Part shown: positions 28,433 through 39,831 of the stretch, one piece after another | Layout of the letters: every line of letters starts with the position of its first letter | Numbering within the stretch: position 1 is the first letter of the stretch | NCBI RefSeq assembly: GCF_054482525.1 | Contig: NZ_CM137006.1 | Direction: 5' to 3' (one strand) | Length of the DNA stretch: 64,000 nucleotides | Position numbers and translations under genes: made by a program | Notes under the pieces: generated by a model | What the model was told of the DNA's origin: nothing | What the model saw: the letters and a program-made list of their open reading frames with translations, nothing else | Database searches by the model: none

Positions 28433-29925
28433 AATGTGTGCTCCTTGATGCGGGCGTGATAACCCTGAAGTGCGGCAATGAGATGCTGATAGCGTTGGTA
28501 TTTTTGTTGGTAAAGCTGATGGGCGGTCATATCCGGCAGCAGGGTGCGTACCGGGTGCTGTAAATCACGTTGGGCTTCGCTGAAATCGCGATAAACTCCG
28601 GTGCCGACGCGGGCGGCAAGTGCCGCACCAAAGCAGCCGGTTTCTTCCACCTGCGGCAGTTCGATACGCAGCCCGCTGACGTCCGCCAGCATTTGCATCC
28701 AGACATCGGAATGCGCCGGACCGCCAGTGACGCGCAGGGTGTGCACATCAGTAAAACGTTCGCGCATCCGGTTGAGATGGGTCATATGGCTGAACACCAC
28801 GCCTTCATAAATTGCCTGCAACAGGTGTGCGCGGGTGTGAATGGCCTGCATCCCGTAGAAACCGCTGGTCATCTCGAGTCCGGCGTTGCTGCCGTACAGG
28901 AACGGCAGGAAAAAGAGATCGCCCCCGGCCTTTGGCAAGCTGGCAACGGCCTGGTTAATCTCATCAAACGAGATTTCTCCCCACTGTGCGGTAAACCATT
29001 CGAGGTTGCCGGAAGAGGTGGGGCTGGCTTCGTGAACGATAAATTGACCATCGTTAACGTAGCGACCATAGACATACGGATGCGCTTCACCGTCACGTAA
29101 ACCACGGGTTATGCCGCTGGTCACCGCCCAGGTGCCCATCACCGCATTAAGGGTAAATTCGTCTTCGATCCCGGCGCAGAGTGCGGTGGAAACCACATCA
29201 AACAGGCCGCCGACAACGGGCGTACCCGCTTTCAGACCGGTCAGTGCGGATGTCTGAGCGGTGATCTCCCCGCAGATTTCGGCAGATCCGACAACAGGCG
29301 GCAGGGCGTGGTTGATTTCAGCGATCCCAAGCCAGTCGGTGAGGCACGGGTCATATTCCCCAAGACTCATGTTGTAGAGATTGGACTCGGAAATATTGCT
29401 CTCTTCGCAGCCTTTGACGCCGGTTAAACACCAGCGCAGGTAGTCGTGCGTCATCATCACGCAGCCAATTTGCGCGTAGCGTTCCGGTTCGTGCTCTTTC
29501 AGCCAGCGTAACAGCGACACCGGATGCCCGGTCCACAAGGTTTGTCGCGTCAGCGGGTAGAGTTTTTCCGGGATGCCATCTTCCTGCCAGCGACGAACGA
29601 TTTCCATCGCCCGGCGATCCGAGGACAAAATGGCGTTACCGAGCGGCTTGTCGTTTTTATCCAGCAAAAACAAGCCCTTTCCCTGTGCGGAGATGCCGAT
29701 ACCGACTATTTGTTCCCCGCTAACACCAGAATGAGTAAGCAGGGGGCGAATGACAGCCATGCAGCATTGCCACAGTTCTGCCATATCGCGCTCTGCCCAG
29801 CCTGGCTGCGGGCTTAATGCGCACAGCGGCAGGCGTTGCACGCCTGCCTCCCGGCCTTCGCGGTCATACAGCCCGGCTTTCAGCCAGCTACCGCCACAAT
29901 CTAACCCCAGCCAGTATTGCGTCAT
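28429..29925 (-). CDS. lyxK: L-xylulose / 3-keto-L-gulonate kinase
   Basis: 498-aa FGGY-family sugar kinase ORF; overlaps sgbH start by 4 bp. Confidence 0.92.
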   Translation of the reverse strand: MTQYWLGLDCGGSWLKAGLYDREGREAGVQRLPLCALSPQPGWAERDMAELWQCCMAVIRPLLTHSGVSGEQIVGIGISAQGKGLFLLDKNDKPLGNAILSSDRRAMEIVRRWQEDGIPEKLYPLTRQTLWTGHPVSLLRWLKEHEPERYAQIGCVMMTHDYLRWCLTGVKGCEESNISESNLYNMSLGEYDPCLTDWLGIAEINHALPPVVGSAEICGEITAQTSALTGLKAGTPVVGGLFDVVSTALCAGIEDEFTLNAVMGTWAVTSGITRGLRDGEAHPYVYGRYVNDGQFIVHEASPTSSGNLEWFTAQWGEISFDEINQAVASLPKAGGDLFFLPFLYGSNAGLEMTSGFYGMQAIHTRAHLLQAIYEGVVFSHMTHLNRMRERFTDVHTLRVTGGPAHSDVWMQMLADVSGLRIELPQVEETGCFGAALAARVGTGVYRDFSEAQRDLQHPVRTLLPDMTAHQLYQQKYQRYQHLIAALQGYHARIKEHTL

Positions 29926-29928
29926 GGT

Positions 29929-30915
29929 TTATTGCACCTCATCCACGGCTTTCAGCAGATCAGCTCCCTGCGGCACATCTTTAACAAACATGTCGCGAAC
30001 CTGATTCCCCAGTGCGTCGCTAAAGGCTTTGCGGTCGAGATCGGTGATGACTTCCACGCCCGCTTCTTTCATGCCGTCGATGATTTTTTGCTGATCTTCG
30101 GCAACCAGTTTGCGCTGGTAGTTACCCGCTTCCTGCGCAGATGAGATCAGCGCCTGCTGGAACTCCGGGGTTAAGCCGTCAAACTTCGCTTTGTTGATCA
30201 CCACCAGAAGTGGCGAATAGGCGTGGTGCGTCAGAGAAAGGTACTTCTGTACTTCGAAAAATTTTGCTGACCAGACGACGTTGATCGGGTGTTCCTGAGC
30301 GTCGATAGTGCGCGTTTCCAGCCCGGTATAGACTTCGGCAAACGGCATCGGGATCGGGTTAGCGCCAAAGACTTTGAATGCGGCGATATTCATCGGGCTA
30401 TTGTTGGTGCGGATTTTCAACCCTTTCAGGTCTGCGGGGGTTTTAACTGGTGCGCGGGAGTTGGTGACATCGCGCCAGCCGTTTTCCCAGTAGGCAAGTA
30501 CTTTCAGTCCTTTACCTTCAAGTGAGGCTTTCAAATCATCACCGACTTTGCCGTCGAGCGTTTTATGCGCGTGGGCGGTATCGCGGAACAGGAAAGGGAC
30601 ATCAAGCAAGTTCATCACTGGTGATAACCCAGCAAAGTTATTCGAGCCGGACATTTCCATATCGATGGTGCCGCCACGTACGCCGCTGATCATCGCCTGC
30701 GCGTTACCGAGAGTGCTGTCCGGGAACAGTTTTAATTTCAGCTCGCCTTTGGTTCTCTCCTGCAATAAATCATTGAATTTTTTCGCCGCAATATGTTGCG
30801 AGTCGGTTTGTGAGGTTTCATAACCGAAACGTAAAGACTGCGCCGCCATTGAAGATGTACTAAATGCAGCCAGGCCAGCAATGAATAATGCGTAGGTTAC
30901 AGAGCGTAATTTCAT
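29929..30915 (-). CDS. yiaO: TRAP transporter periplasmic solute-binding protein (2,3-diketo-L-gulonate)
   Basis: 328-aa ORF with signal peptide and DctP-family sequence. Confidence 0.92.
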   Translation of the reverse strand: MKLRSVTYALFIAGLAAFSTSSMAAQSLRFGYETSQTDSQHIAAKKFNDLLQERTKGELKLKLFPDSTLGNAQAMISGVRGGTIDMEMSGSNNFAGLSPVMNLLDVPFLFRDTAHAHKTLDGKVGDDLKASLEGKGLKVLAYWENGWRDVTNSRAPVKTPADLKGLKIRTNNSPMNIAAFKVFGANPIPMPFAEVYTGLETRTIDAQEHPINVVWSAKFFEVQKYLSLTHHAYSPLLVVINKAKFDGLTPEFQQALISSAQEAGNYQRKLVAEDQQKIIDGMKEAGVEVITDLDRKAFSDALGNQVRDMFVKDVPQGADLLKAVDEVQ

Positions 30916-30927
30916 AATATTGTCCTT

Positions 30928-32205
30928 TTAATTAATCCATTTCAAAGGGAGGATGATGAGATCGGGAATAAAAACAAATACGACTAATAATGAATATAAA
31001 ACCAGGACGTAAGGGAAAACGCCTCTGACTGCATCATCGAATTTGAGTTTTGCCACCCCTGAAATAACGTTAAGCACATTACCGATAGGCGGTGTAATTA
31101 AGCCGATTGAGCAGTTAATGATAAACATGACACCGAAATAAATCGGATCGATTCCTGCCTCTTTAACTAAAGGCATTAATACCGGGGTAAGAATTAATAC
31201 CGTCGGCGTTAAATCCATGACCATGCCGACAATCAGGATAGCCACCATAATGACGATAAACAGCAGACGCGGTGAATCGACCAGCGGTTGCAGTAAATCA
31301 GAAACCATCATCGGCAGTTCAGCAATGGTGATCAGCCAGGCGGAAACTTGTGCCGAGGCCACCAGAAACATCACCACTGAGGTCGTTTTCGCTGCGCCAA
31401 TGAGCACATGCCAAAGTGTGGCGAAGGTCATTTCACGGTAAATAACTGTGGCGACAAACAGCGCATAGAAAGCAGCAACGGCCCCGGCTTCGGTAGGGGT
31501 AAACAGACCGGAGCGAAACCCGCCAATAATGATGACTGGAAGAAACAGCGCCCAGATACCGGAGACAAAAGAGTGCCAGATTTCCTGCATCGTTGCTTTT
31601 TGCTGGCGGGGTAAATTAAGGCGACTGGCCTGCCACCACCAGGTAAGCATCAGCGTTGCGCCCATCATCATGCCAGGGGCAATGCCCGCCATAAACAGCT
31701 TACTGATGGATAATCCGCTGGAAACGCCGAAAATAATAAACGGAATGGAAGGGGGAATAATTGGCGCGATAATGCCGCCAGAGGCAATCAGCCCCGCCGC
31801 CCGGTTGACCGGGTAGTTGGCGCTGCGCATCATCGGCACCAGTAGAGCGGCAACGGCGGCGGTATCCGCAACGGCAGAACCAGAAAGGCTTGCCATGATC
31901 ATAGCCGCCAGCACGCCGACGTAGCCCAGCCCGCCTGGTTTATGCCCCACCAGTTTCATCGGCAGGTCAACAATGCGTTTTGACAAGCCGCCCGCATTCA
32001 TGATTTCACCCGCCAGCACAAAGAACGGAATCGCCAGCAGGGAGAAGCTGTCGGCTCCGTTCACCAGCGTTTGTGCCATGATCTGGACATCAAACATGTC
32101 CAGCCAGAACATTAACGCCGCTCCGCACAACAACAGTGCCCAGGCAATAGGCAAACCGATAGCAATACCACCCAACAGACAGCCCAGAAAAATCAGCACA
32201 GCCAT
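30928..32205 (-). CDS. yiaN: TRAP transporter large permease subunit
   Basis: 425-aa polytopic membrane ORF, DctM family. Confidence 0.92.
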   Translation of the reverse strand: MAVLIFLGCLLGGIAIGLPIAWALLLCGAALMFWLDMFDVQIMAQTLVNGADSFSLLAIPFFVLAGEIMNAGGLSKRIVDLPMKLVGHKPGGLGYVGVLAAMIMASLSGSAVADTAAVAALLVPMMRSANYPVNRAAGLIASGGIIAPIIPPSIPFIIFGVSSGLSISKLFMAGIAPGMMMGATLMLTWWWQASRLNLPRQQKATMQEIWHSFVSGIWALFLPVIIIGGFRSGLFTPTEAGAVAAFYALFVATVIYREMTFATLWHVLIGAAKTTSVVMFLVASAQVSAWLITIAELPMMVSDLLQPLVDSPRLLFIVIMVAILIVGMVMDLTPTVLILTPVLMPLVKEAGIDPIYFGVMFIINCSIGLITPPIGNVLNVISGVAKLKFDDAVRGVFPYVLVLYSLLVVFVFIPDLIILPLKWIN

Positions 32206-32207
32206 GA

Positions 32208-32681
32208 TTAAGCTCCTTGCGGTGGCGACGTTAGAGAATTGCTACGCGTGATGAGTTGATATAAATGACGCAGTTCAAAGAATGCGATAACGAGGCTGGT
32301 GGGCAGACAAGCGGCATACATCAGGCCGATAGGCAAACCGAGGATCGGTGAATAATCGCTCCAGTCCTGAATTGTTTTTAGCGTTGCGCCCCAGGCCAGT
32401 GCGCCACAAATAAATAAGATTAAGGAATGGGTAACCAGAGCGACTCGTCGCTGCCATGCGGGGGAGAGTTTCTCCACCAGAAAGGTGACCTGAACGTGGG
32501 CGTTATCCATAAAAGCCACAATCGCGCCAATAAATGTTAACCAGACAAATAAATAACGTGACAATTCATCTACAGATAAAATGCTTGTCTGAAAACCATA
32601 TCTTAAAATAATGTTTATAAACACAATACAGGAAAGTACGGCGAGATTAATCGCCAGTATTGCTTCAAGTATTTTTTTCAT
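32208..32681 (-). CDS. yiaM: TRAP transporter small permease subunit
   Basis: 157-aa 4-TM ORF, DctQ family, directly upstream of yiaN. Confidence 0.9.
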
Positions 32682-32798
32682 AGCTATTCCTTGAGGCTAT
32701 GTCTGTCATAATTCAAGTTGCATGTGCAGCAACCTAAATTATTAATATAGTTAGAGCAATAACATTACCCAGGCGTTCTGGCGTAGACGATTATTCGA

Positions 32799-33269
<471 letters not shown>

Positions 33270-33277
33270 TTATCTCC

Positions 33278-34276
33278 TCATAACGCCTGGATTTTGGCCC
33301 ACACGCTGTCATCAACGGTGATGCCGTTACGGCGGTTTTCGGCCAGCAGGGTAGTAAATTCATGGCCGGGTAAGCGGATGGCCTGGTTTTCATCGGCGCG
33401 TTCAGCGGTGGTGATGTAATCCATGATGCGTTGCAGCTTGGCATCGCGGGTGGCACCGTCGATCAATTTATCCACTTCAATGGCGATAAAGATTTGCGAA
33501 ACACCATATTCGTCGCTGTTATCCTGGGTGACTTCGGCAACCGATGCGCCGTCGGAAAGCAGGGTGGCTATCATATCCAGCACGATCGACATACCGGAAC
33601 CTTTCCAGTAACCCATCGGCAAAATGCGGCGATTTTTCTCGATAACGCCAGGTTCTTTGGTCAAATTGCCCTCATCATCAAAGCCACCATCGACCGGGAG
33701 CTGACGACCTGCCAGGCGGTTAACTTCTAACATGCCGTAAGAGAACATCGACATCGACATATCGACCATGGTGATTGGGGTAGAAGGAATGGCGACGATC
33801 AGCGGGTTGGTGCCGATGCGACACTCTTTTGCGCCCCACGGCGGCATTACGGCGATGGAGTTGGTCCAGCAAATGCCAATATAGCCTTTTTCCGCCGCCT
33901 GCCAGCCGTAGCTGCCGCCGCGCATCCAGTGGTTGGCATTACGTAGTGCCACCAGACCAATACCATGATCGGCAGCCAGTTCGATGGCGCGATCCATCAT
34001 CTTTTTCGCTGTCAGGTTACCGATCGAACGCTGGGCGTCCCACTGTTCAATTGCGCCGAGGCTGGTTATACGTTTGGGTTGGGCATCGGGAATGATATCG
34101 CCGTTTTCCAGTTGTTGAATGAAACGAGGGAAACGATTAACGCCGTGAGAATAAACGCCGGATTCGGTGGTGCGGGCGAACATCTCGGCACAGGCATCAG
34201 CCGTTTCGCTGTCAACGCCGCGTGAAATTAAGACTCGATTAAAGGCTGCTTTTAACTGCTCAAATGTCACTTTCAT
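33278..34276 (-). CDS. yiaK: 2,3-diketo-L-gulonate reductase
   Basis: 332-aa ORF, Ldh_2 family; first gene of the operon, divergent from yiaJ. Confidence 0.92.
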   Translation of the reverse strand: MKVTFEQLKAAFNRVLISRGVDSETADACAEMFARTTESGVYSHGVNRFPRFIQQLENGDIIPDAQPKRITSLGAIEQWDAQRSIGNLTAKKMMDRAIELAADHGIGLVALRNANHWMRGGSYGWQAAEKGYIGICWTNSIAVMPPWGAKECRIGTNPLIVAIPSTPITMVDMSMSMFSYGMLEVNRLAGRQLPVDGGFDDEGNLTKEPGVIEKNRRILPMGYWKGSGMSIVLDMIATLLSDGASVAEVTQDNSDEYGVSQIFIAIEVDKLIDGATRDAKLQRIMDYITTAERADENQAIRLPGHEFTTLLAENRRNGITVDDSVWAKIQAL

Positions 34277-34476
34277 CCCTGGCTTCCTTGTTTTTTTGAT
34301 CGCTTTTTTGGCTTAAAATTTCAATATGCGAAATATGATTTCAAATATATCGATCGCTTTTTAACAAAGCAATCTGATTGATGAATTTCAAAAAACTTAA
34401 AAATCAAGTGTTTATAAATTATCTGTCGAGATCGTGAACTACGACACACTTTGCGCTACCATCAGGACCCGACAAA

Positions 34477-35325
34477 ATGGGGAAAGAAGTGATGGGAAAA
34501 AAAGAGAACGAGATGGCGCAGGAAAAAGAGCGTCCAGCCGGAAGCCAGAGTCTGTTTCGCGGGTTGATGCTGATTGAGATTTTGAGCAACTATCCAAACG
34601 GTTGTCCGTTGGCGCATCTTTCGGAACTGGCTGGTTTAAATAAGAGTACCGTCCATCGCTTATTGCAGGGATTACAGTCCTGCGGCTATGTGACCACCGC
34701 GCCCGCCGCAGGGAGTTACCGCCTGACTACCAAATTTATTGCCGTCGGGCAGAAGGCGCTGTCTTCGCTGAATATCATTCATATCGCCGCTCCGCATCTT
34801 GAGGCACTGAACATCGCCACTGGTGAAACCATTAACTTCTCCAGCCGCGAAGACGATCACGCTATTTTGATTTATAAGCTGGAACCCACAACCGGGATGC
34901 TGCGAACCCGTGCCTATATAGGCCAGCATATGCCGCTCTACTGTTCCGCAATGGGCAAGATCTACATGGCGTTTGGTCACCCGGACTACGTGAAGTCATA
35001 CTGGGAAAGCCATCAGCATGAGATCCAGCCGTTAACCCGCAATACCATTACCGAGCTGCCCGCGATGTTCGACGAACTGGCGCACATTCGTGAAAGCGGA
35101 GCGGCGATGGACAGAGAAGAAAACGAACTCGGCGTCTCCTGTATTGCTGTTCCGGTGTTTGATATTCATGGGCGGGTGCCGTACGCCGTGTCGATTTCGC
35201 TTTCGACATCACGTCTGAAACAGGTGGGGGAGAAAAATCTCCTGAAACCACTGCGTGAAACCGCGCAGGCTATTTCTAATGAACTGGGATTTACTGTCAG
35301 GGACGACCAGGGCGCGATCACATAA
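34477..35325 (+). CDS. yiaJ: IclR-family transcriptional repressor of the yiaK-S operon
   Basis: 282-aa ORF with N-terminal HTH and C-terminal IclR effector domain; matches recalled YiaJ. Confidence 0.9.
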   Translation: MGKEVMGKKENEMAQEKERPAGSQSLFRGLMLIEILSNYPNGCPLAHLSELAGLNKSTVHRLLQGLQSCGYVTTAPAAGSYRLTTKFIAVGQKALSSLNIIHIAAPHLEALNIATGETINFSSREDDHAILIYKLEPTTGMLRTRAYIGQHMPLYCSAMGKIYMAFGHPDYVKSYWESHQHEIQPLTRNTITELPAMFDELAHIRESGAAMDREENELGVSCIAVPVFDIHGRVPYAVSISLSTSRLKQVGEKNLLKPLRETAQAISNELGFTVRDDQGAIT

Positions 35326-35426
35326 CGCTTTGGACAAGTGCCAAAACTTTAACATTTCCTTCGTTGGATCAAAGCAGTAGAGACGCGCTCTCTGGCACTC
35401 TGCTGTTTTAGTGCAAAGGAGTGATC

Positions 35427-35900
35427 ATGAACCGGTTTATTATTGCGGATGCGACGAAATGTATCGGTTGCCGTACCTGTGAAGTGGCTTGCGCAGTGTC
35501 GCATCAGGAGAATCAGGATTGCGCTGCGTTGTCACCAGACGAGTTTATTTCCCGTATTCGTGTCATTAAAGACCACACATGGACCACGGCTGTAGCCTGC
35601 CATCAGTGTGAAGATGCACCGTGCGCGAATGTCTGCCCTGTTGACGCGATAAGCCGCGAACATGGGCATATTTTCGTTGAACAATCACGTTGCATTGGCT
35701 GTAAAAGCTGTATGCTGGCTTGCCCGTTTGGTGCGATGGAGGTCGTTTCTTCGCGCAAAAAGGCGAGGGCGATTAAGTGCGATCTGTGCTGGCATCGGGA
35801 GACGGGGCCGGCCTGTGTTGAAGCCTGCCCGACAAAGGCGTTGCAGTGCATGGATGTCGAGAAAGTGCAGCGGCATCGGCTACGGCAGCAGCCTGTTTGA
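35427..35900 (+). CDS. ysaA: 4Fe-4S ferredoxin-type protein
   Basis: Translation from ATG at 35427 (MNRFIIADATKCIGCRTCEVAC...) with four CxxCxxC(xxx)CP clusters; ORF track adds 2 codons upstream. Confidence 0.88.
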   Translation: MNRFIIADATKCIGCRTCEVACAVSHQENQDCAALSPDEFISRIRVIKDHTWTTAVACHQCEDAPCANVCPVDAISREHGHIFVEQSRCIGCKSCMLACPFGAMEVVSSRKKARAIKCDLCWHRETGPACVEACPTKALQCMDVEKVQRHRLRQQPV

Positions 35901-35947
35901 AACGTTTTCCGGCGTTTCTCAACGCCGGAATAGTGCGCTTTGTTTAT

Positions 35948-36046
35948 GCCGGATGCGGCTAAAACGCCTTATCCGGCCTACAAATTCTACCAAATTCAAT
36001 ATATTGCAGAAATCATGTAGGCCTGATAAGCGTAGCGCATCAGGCA
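35948..36046. repeat. BIME: two REP palindromic units in inverse orientation between ysaA and avtA
   Basis: gccggatgcggctaaaacgccttatccggcctaca and tgtaggcctgataagcgtagcgcatcaggca are typical E. coli REP sequences. Confidence 0.75.
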
Positions 36047-36050
36047 ATTT

Positions 36051-37304
36051 TTAGTGACTTTCAGCCCAGGCTCTTTCTATCTCTTCTGCCAGAATCTTCA
36101 CACCCGCCTCAATTTTATCCGGCTCCGGCACGTAGTTCATGCGCATACATTGATGTGTATGTGGCCACGGTTTATCCAGCCCTGGGAAGAAGTTGTGCCC
36201 CGGCACCATCAGCACGCCGCGTGCTTTCAGGCGCTGATAGAGCTGCTCGGTCGTAATGGGCAAATCCTTAAACCATAGCCAGAGGAAAATGGCTCCTTCC
36301 GGTTTATGAATCAGGCAGCGATCTTCCGGTAAATAGCGGCGAATGATGGCGATAGTTTCCTGAACACGCTGGTAGTAAAACGGTTTGATGACTGTTTCAG
36401 ACAGGCGCAGCAGATCGTTACGCTTAATCATTTCACACATCATCGCCGGACCAATACCGCCAGGTGCCAGGCTGATAATGCCGTTCATATTGGTGATGGC
36501 GGTGATGATTTTTTCATTGGCGATGATAATGCCGCAGCGGGAGCCAGGTAGACCCAGCTTGGAAAGACTCATGCACAGTACGATATTCGGATTCCACAGC
36601 GGGCGCGCTTCGCTGAAGATGATACCCGGGAACGGGACGCCATAAGCGTTATCAATCACCAGCGGAATGCCGTGTTGATTCGCCAGCGCGTCAAGCTTCA
36701 GCAACTCTTCGTCAGTAATCACATTGCCTGTTGGATTCGTCGGCCGGGAGACGCAAATCATCCCGGTTTCTTCGCCAATATGCAGATGCTCAAAATCGAC
36801 GTGGTATTTAAACTGGCCTTCCGGCAGCAGTTCAATATTCGGACGCGCAGAGACAAACAGATCTTCTTCCAGTCCGGCGTCAGCGTAGCCAATATATTCA
36901 GGTGCCAGCGGGAACAGCACTTTTTTGACCCGACCATCGGCACGGCGTCCGGCAAACAGATTAAATAAGTAGAAAAACGCGCTCTGGCTGCCGTTTGTTA
37001 GTGCAATATTCTGTGGTTCGATATCCCAACCCAACTTCTCGCGCAGCATTCCGGCAAGCAGTGTGAGTAGCTCCGTTTTCCCCTGTGGACCGTCGTAATT
37101 GCACAGTGCATCAGTCGCTTTGCCACTTTCCAGCATGTCGGTCAGTAGCGTCTGGAAGTAGTCCTGCATTTCCGGGATCTGCGCTGGATTACCGCCGCCG
37201 AGCATAATCGCGCCAGGCGTGCGTAAACCGTCGTTCAGATCTTCCATCAGCAGCGTAATGCCGGAGTGGCGGGTAAATTTGTCACCAAAAAGGGAGAATG
37301 TCAT
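36051..37304 (-). CDS. avtA: Valine-pyruvate aminotransferase
   Basis: Translation from ATG at 37304 (MTFSLFGDKFTRHSGITLLMEDL...) gives 417 aa; ORF-track start at 37409 is a 35-codon extension. Confidence 0.92.
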   Translation of the reverse strand: MTFSLFGDKFTRHSGITLLMEDLNDGLRTPGAIMLGGGNPAQIPEMQDYFQTLLTDMLESGKATDALCNYDGPQGKTELLTLLAGMLREKLGWDIEPQNIALTNGSQSAFFYLFNLFAGRRADGRVKKVLFPLAPEYIGYADAGLEEDLFVSARPNIELLPEGQFKYHVDFEHLHIGEETGMICVSRPTNPTGNVITDEELLKLDALANQHGIPLVIDNAYGVPFPGIIFSEARPLWNPNIVLCMSLSKLGLPGSRCGIIIANEKIITAITNMNGIISLAPGGIGPAMMCEMIKRNDLLRLSETVIKPFYYQRVQETIAIIRRYLPEDRCLIHKPEGAIFLWLWFKDLPITTEQLYQRLKARGVLMVPGHNFFPGLDKPWPHTHQCMRMNYVPEPDKIEAGVKILAEEIERAWAESH

Positions 37305-37481
37305 AGCGGGATATCTGTCGAACTCTGTAGCAAGGAAGGTAACAATAACGCTACATTTGCTGGGGTGCAAATCGCTCTGTTGAAGAGGGAGCGGTGCTTT
37401 ATCCTGCAACGCTGATTAGAGCTGACATTTTATCCTGGTTGGCGGCTTCCCGAGGTACTGACGAACGGGAAGCCGGAAAAG

Positions 37482-39512
37482 TCACTGTTGCCCAGCCCAG
37501 ATGACCAGCACTTTATCGTCGCCATGCTCACGAACAAAGCCGTAGCCCTGCTTCAGCGAAAGTGTCGTTTGTTTGCCCTCGCCAATTGCGGGATGGCGGG
37601 CGCGGAACTGGCTGATTTTCTGCCAGTGCGCGACGCTGGCGGCAGATTTACCGCTAACATCCTGCCAGTTCATATCCGAACGCGTACCTTGCAGCGGATC
37701 CGAACCGGTGGGGCCGAACGGACGCGAGGATTCATCACCATAAAAGATTTGTACCGCGCCTGGCGCTAATAATAATAACTCTGCTGCTTTGTCGCCCCCT
37801 TCACGGAACAGGCGGGTATCATGCGACGAGAGGTAGCTCAACACGTTGAAATCCTGCAATTTCTCCGCCATTTTCTGCCAGGTAGTATCCATCTGCGCCA
37901 GACAATCGACTGCTTTAGCCGCCTGCTCCTGATAATCGAAATTGATCATCGCATCGAAGCCGTGGCGATAGTAGTCACTTTGCATCACGCCGTGGCCCCA
38001 GGCTTCACCGGTCATCCAGAACGGTTTGTCATCTAATGTTTTGTCGGGGTTAGCTTTTTTCCATTCGCGAAGTGCGGCGCTGGCTTCGGTTTTCAGTTGC
38101 TGCCAGGCGGGCAACTCAACATGTTTGGCGGTATCGACCCGAAAACCATCAATCCCATAGTCGCGAACCCACTGACTTAACCAGTGGGTTAAGTAATCGC
38201 GAGGGGTAAAACCGTCGATGACTTTAGCGTGGGTATTCGTTTTGTTTTTATAGAACACCGGCAGACCTGAAGCGGTAGTTGATTCGGTTTTGATATCCGG
38301 CAAAAAGGCCAGCGACATAGTGAGATCGTCAAATCCCGGATTGTCGTAATCGCCGATATCGGTTCTGATCCAGTTTTTTCCCCACCATTTATCCCAGCCT
38401 GTTTTGTCGCTGAAATTAATGTAATCGTTAAAGCTATGCCAGGTTTGCCCGGCGGCAGGTTTCCAGTCGCTCCAGCGTTCACCCAACGTTTTTTTCACTT
38501 CGTCACCAGAAAGATATAACGCGCCAAACTGATACTCCTGCATATCCGCCAGCGTGGCATAGCCAGTGTGGTTCATCACGACATCAAAGAGAATACGAAT
38601 ACCGCGCTGATGCGCGCTATCAACCAGTGTCCGTAGAGCGGCTTCACTGCCCATATTGGCATCAAGATTCGTCCAGTCCTGTGTGTAATAACCGTGGTAG
38701 GCATAATGCGGGAAATCGCCTTTTGTACCGCCGCCGACCCAGCCGTGAATTTGCTCAAATGGGGCGCTTATCCACAAAGCATTGACGCCCAGCTGCTGGA
38801 GGTAATCCAGTTTGTTGGTCAGGCCGCGTAAATCGCCGCCGTGAAAAGTGCCAATTTCTGCCATACCGTCTTTATGACGTCCGTAACTCTGGTCATTACT
38901 GGGATCGCCGTTTTCGAAACGATCTGTCAGCACAAAGTAAACCGTGGCGTTATGCCAGTCGAAAGGGGCAGGGGCGTCAGTTTCTGCCCGTTCCAGCAGG
39001 AGTAAACCGTTGCTGGTGGCAGCGGGTTGTAACGTTATTTGACCGTTCTTCACGATCGCAATTTGCTGGCTGTAATAATCCCGGACTGCGGCTCCCTCCG
39101 GAAAAGTGGCGCTGACATCCAGTGTGAGCGGTAATCCATCCCATTTCGGGCATTCACGGACCAGGCTTGCTACCGGTTCGACGGCGTTCTGGATGGAAAT
39201 CATCAATGTTGGTGTACCGGAGCGGGTGTCTAGTTGCAGCGTATATTCGCCGTCCCTGAACAATCGCCATTGAGGTGGCGTGTTGCTACAAGGTTGCAGG
39301 GAAAGCATCTGATTGAGTTTTATCGCATCCGCAGGCTGCCAGCACTGTTGGTCAAAATTTAGCGTTAGTGGACGCGTACCTTTGGGCAACTGCGCGTGGC
39401 TGACAAATGTTCCCGTCCCCTGTTCGCTAAAGGCGGGAAACCCCGGAGAAGTCCAGCTGGCGGCAACGGCGAAGCTAGGAAGGAGTGTCAGAAAACAGGC
39501 GGCGAGTTTCAT
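37482..39512 (-). CDS. malS: Periplasmic alpha-amylase
   Basis: 676-aa ORF with signal peptide (MKLAACFLTLLPSFAVA) and GH13 catalytic motifs. Confidence 0.93.
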   Translation of the reverse strand: MKLAACFLTLLPSFAVAASWTSPGFPAFSEQGTGTFVSHAQLPKGTRPLTLNFDQQCWQPADAIKLNQMLSLQPCSNTPPQWRLFRDGEYTLQLDTRSGTPTLMISIQNAVEPVASLVRECPKWDGLPLTLDVSATFPEGAAVRDYYSQQIAIVKNGQITLQPAATSNGLLLLERAETDAPAPFDWHNATVYFVLTDRFENGDPSNDQSYGRHKDGMAEIGTFHGGDLRGLTNKLDYLQQLGVNALWISAPFEQIHGWVGGGTKGDFPHYAYHGYYTQDWTNLDANMGSEAALRTLVDSAHQRGIRILFDVVMNHTGYATLADMQEYQFGALYLSGDEVKKTLGERWSDWKPAAGQTWHSFNDYINFSDKTGWDKWWGKNWIRTDIGDYDNPGFDDLTMSLAFLPDIKTESTTASGLPVFYKNKTNTHAKVIDGFTPRDYLTHWLSQWVRDYGIDGFRVDTAKHVELPAWQQLKTEASAALREWKKANPDKTLDDKPFWMTGEAWGHGVMQSDYYRHGFDAMINFDYQEQAAKAVDCLAQMDTTWQKMAEKLQDFNVLSYLSSHDTRLFREGGDKAAELLLLAPGAVQIFYGDESSRPFGPTGSDPLQGTRSDMNWQDVSGKSAASVAHWQKISQFRARHPAIGEGKQTTLSLKQGYGFVREHGDDKVLVIWAGQQ

Positions 39513-39831
39513 GGCGGATGAGTCCTTATTGCTGCGATTTCAGACAGTTTGCCAGCGATAAGCCAGACAAAACTCATCCCTGAGCGGTAAGTCCACAGGA
39601 TGAGAAGCAAGGGTGAGCGATCGCGCACAAAAAACGGCTGAATTTTGCGATAAACCCCACATTTTCTGCGATTTAGCGCCAATCTGAATCGTTAACTCGT
39701 GACATAGTTTCAGATTTGGACTATTCCTTGGGGTGCTCTTGACAGCTATTTTTGATATGATTTGAGATTCAACTCTCAAATTTGTGAAAAATATAAGGTG
39801 TTGGAATGATTAAATCCGACCAGGAGACCTG

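Noticed and set aside
37410-37481. Palindrome cggcttcccg...cgggaagccg between malS and avtA as a terminator
   Set aside because: Good stem but no adjacent T-run on either strand; could be a REP-like element or protein-binding site. Not called.
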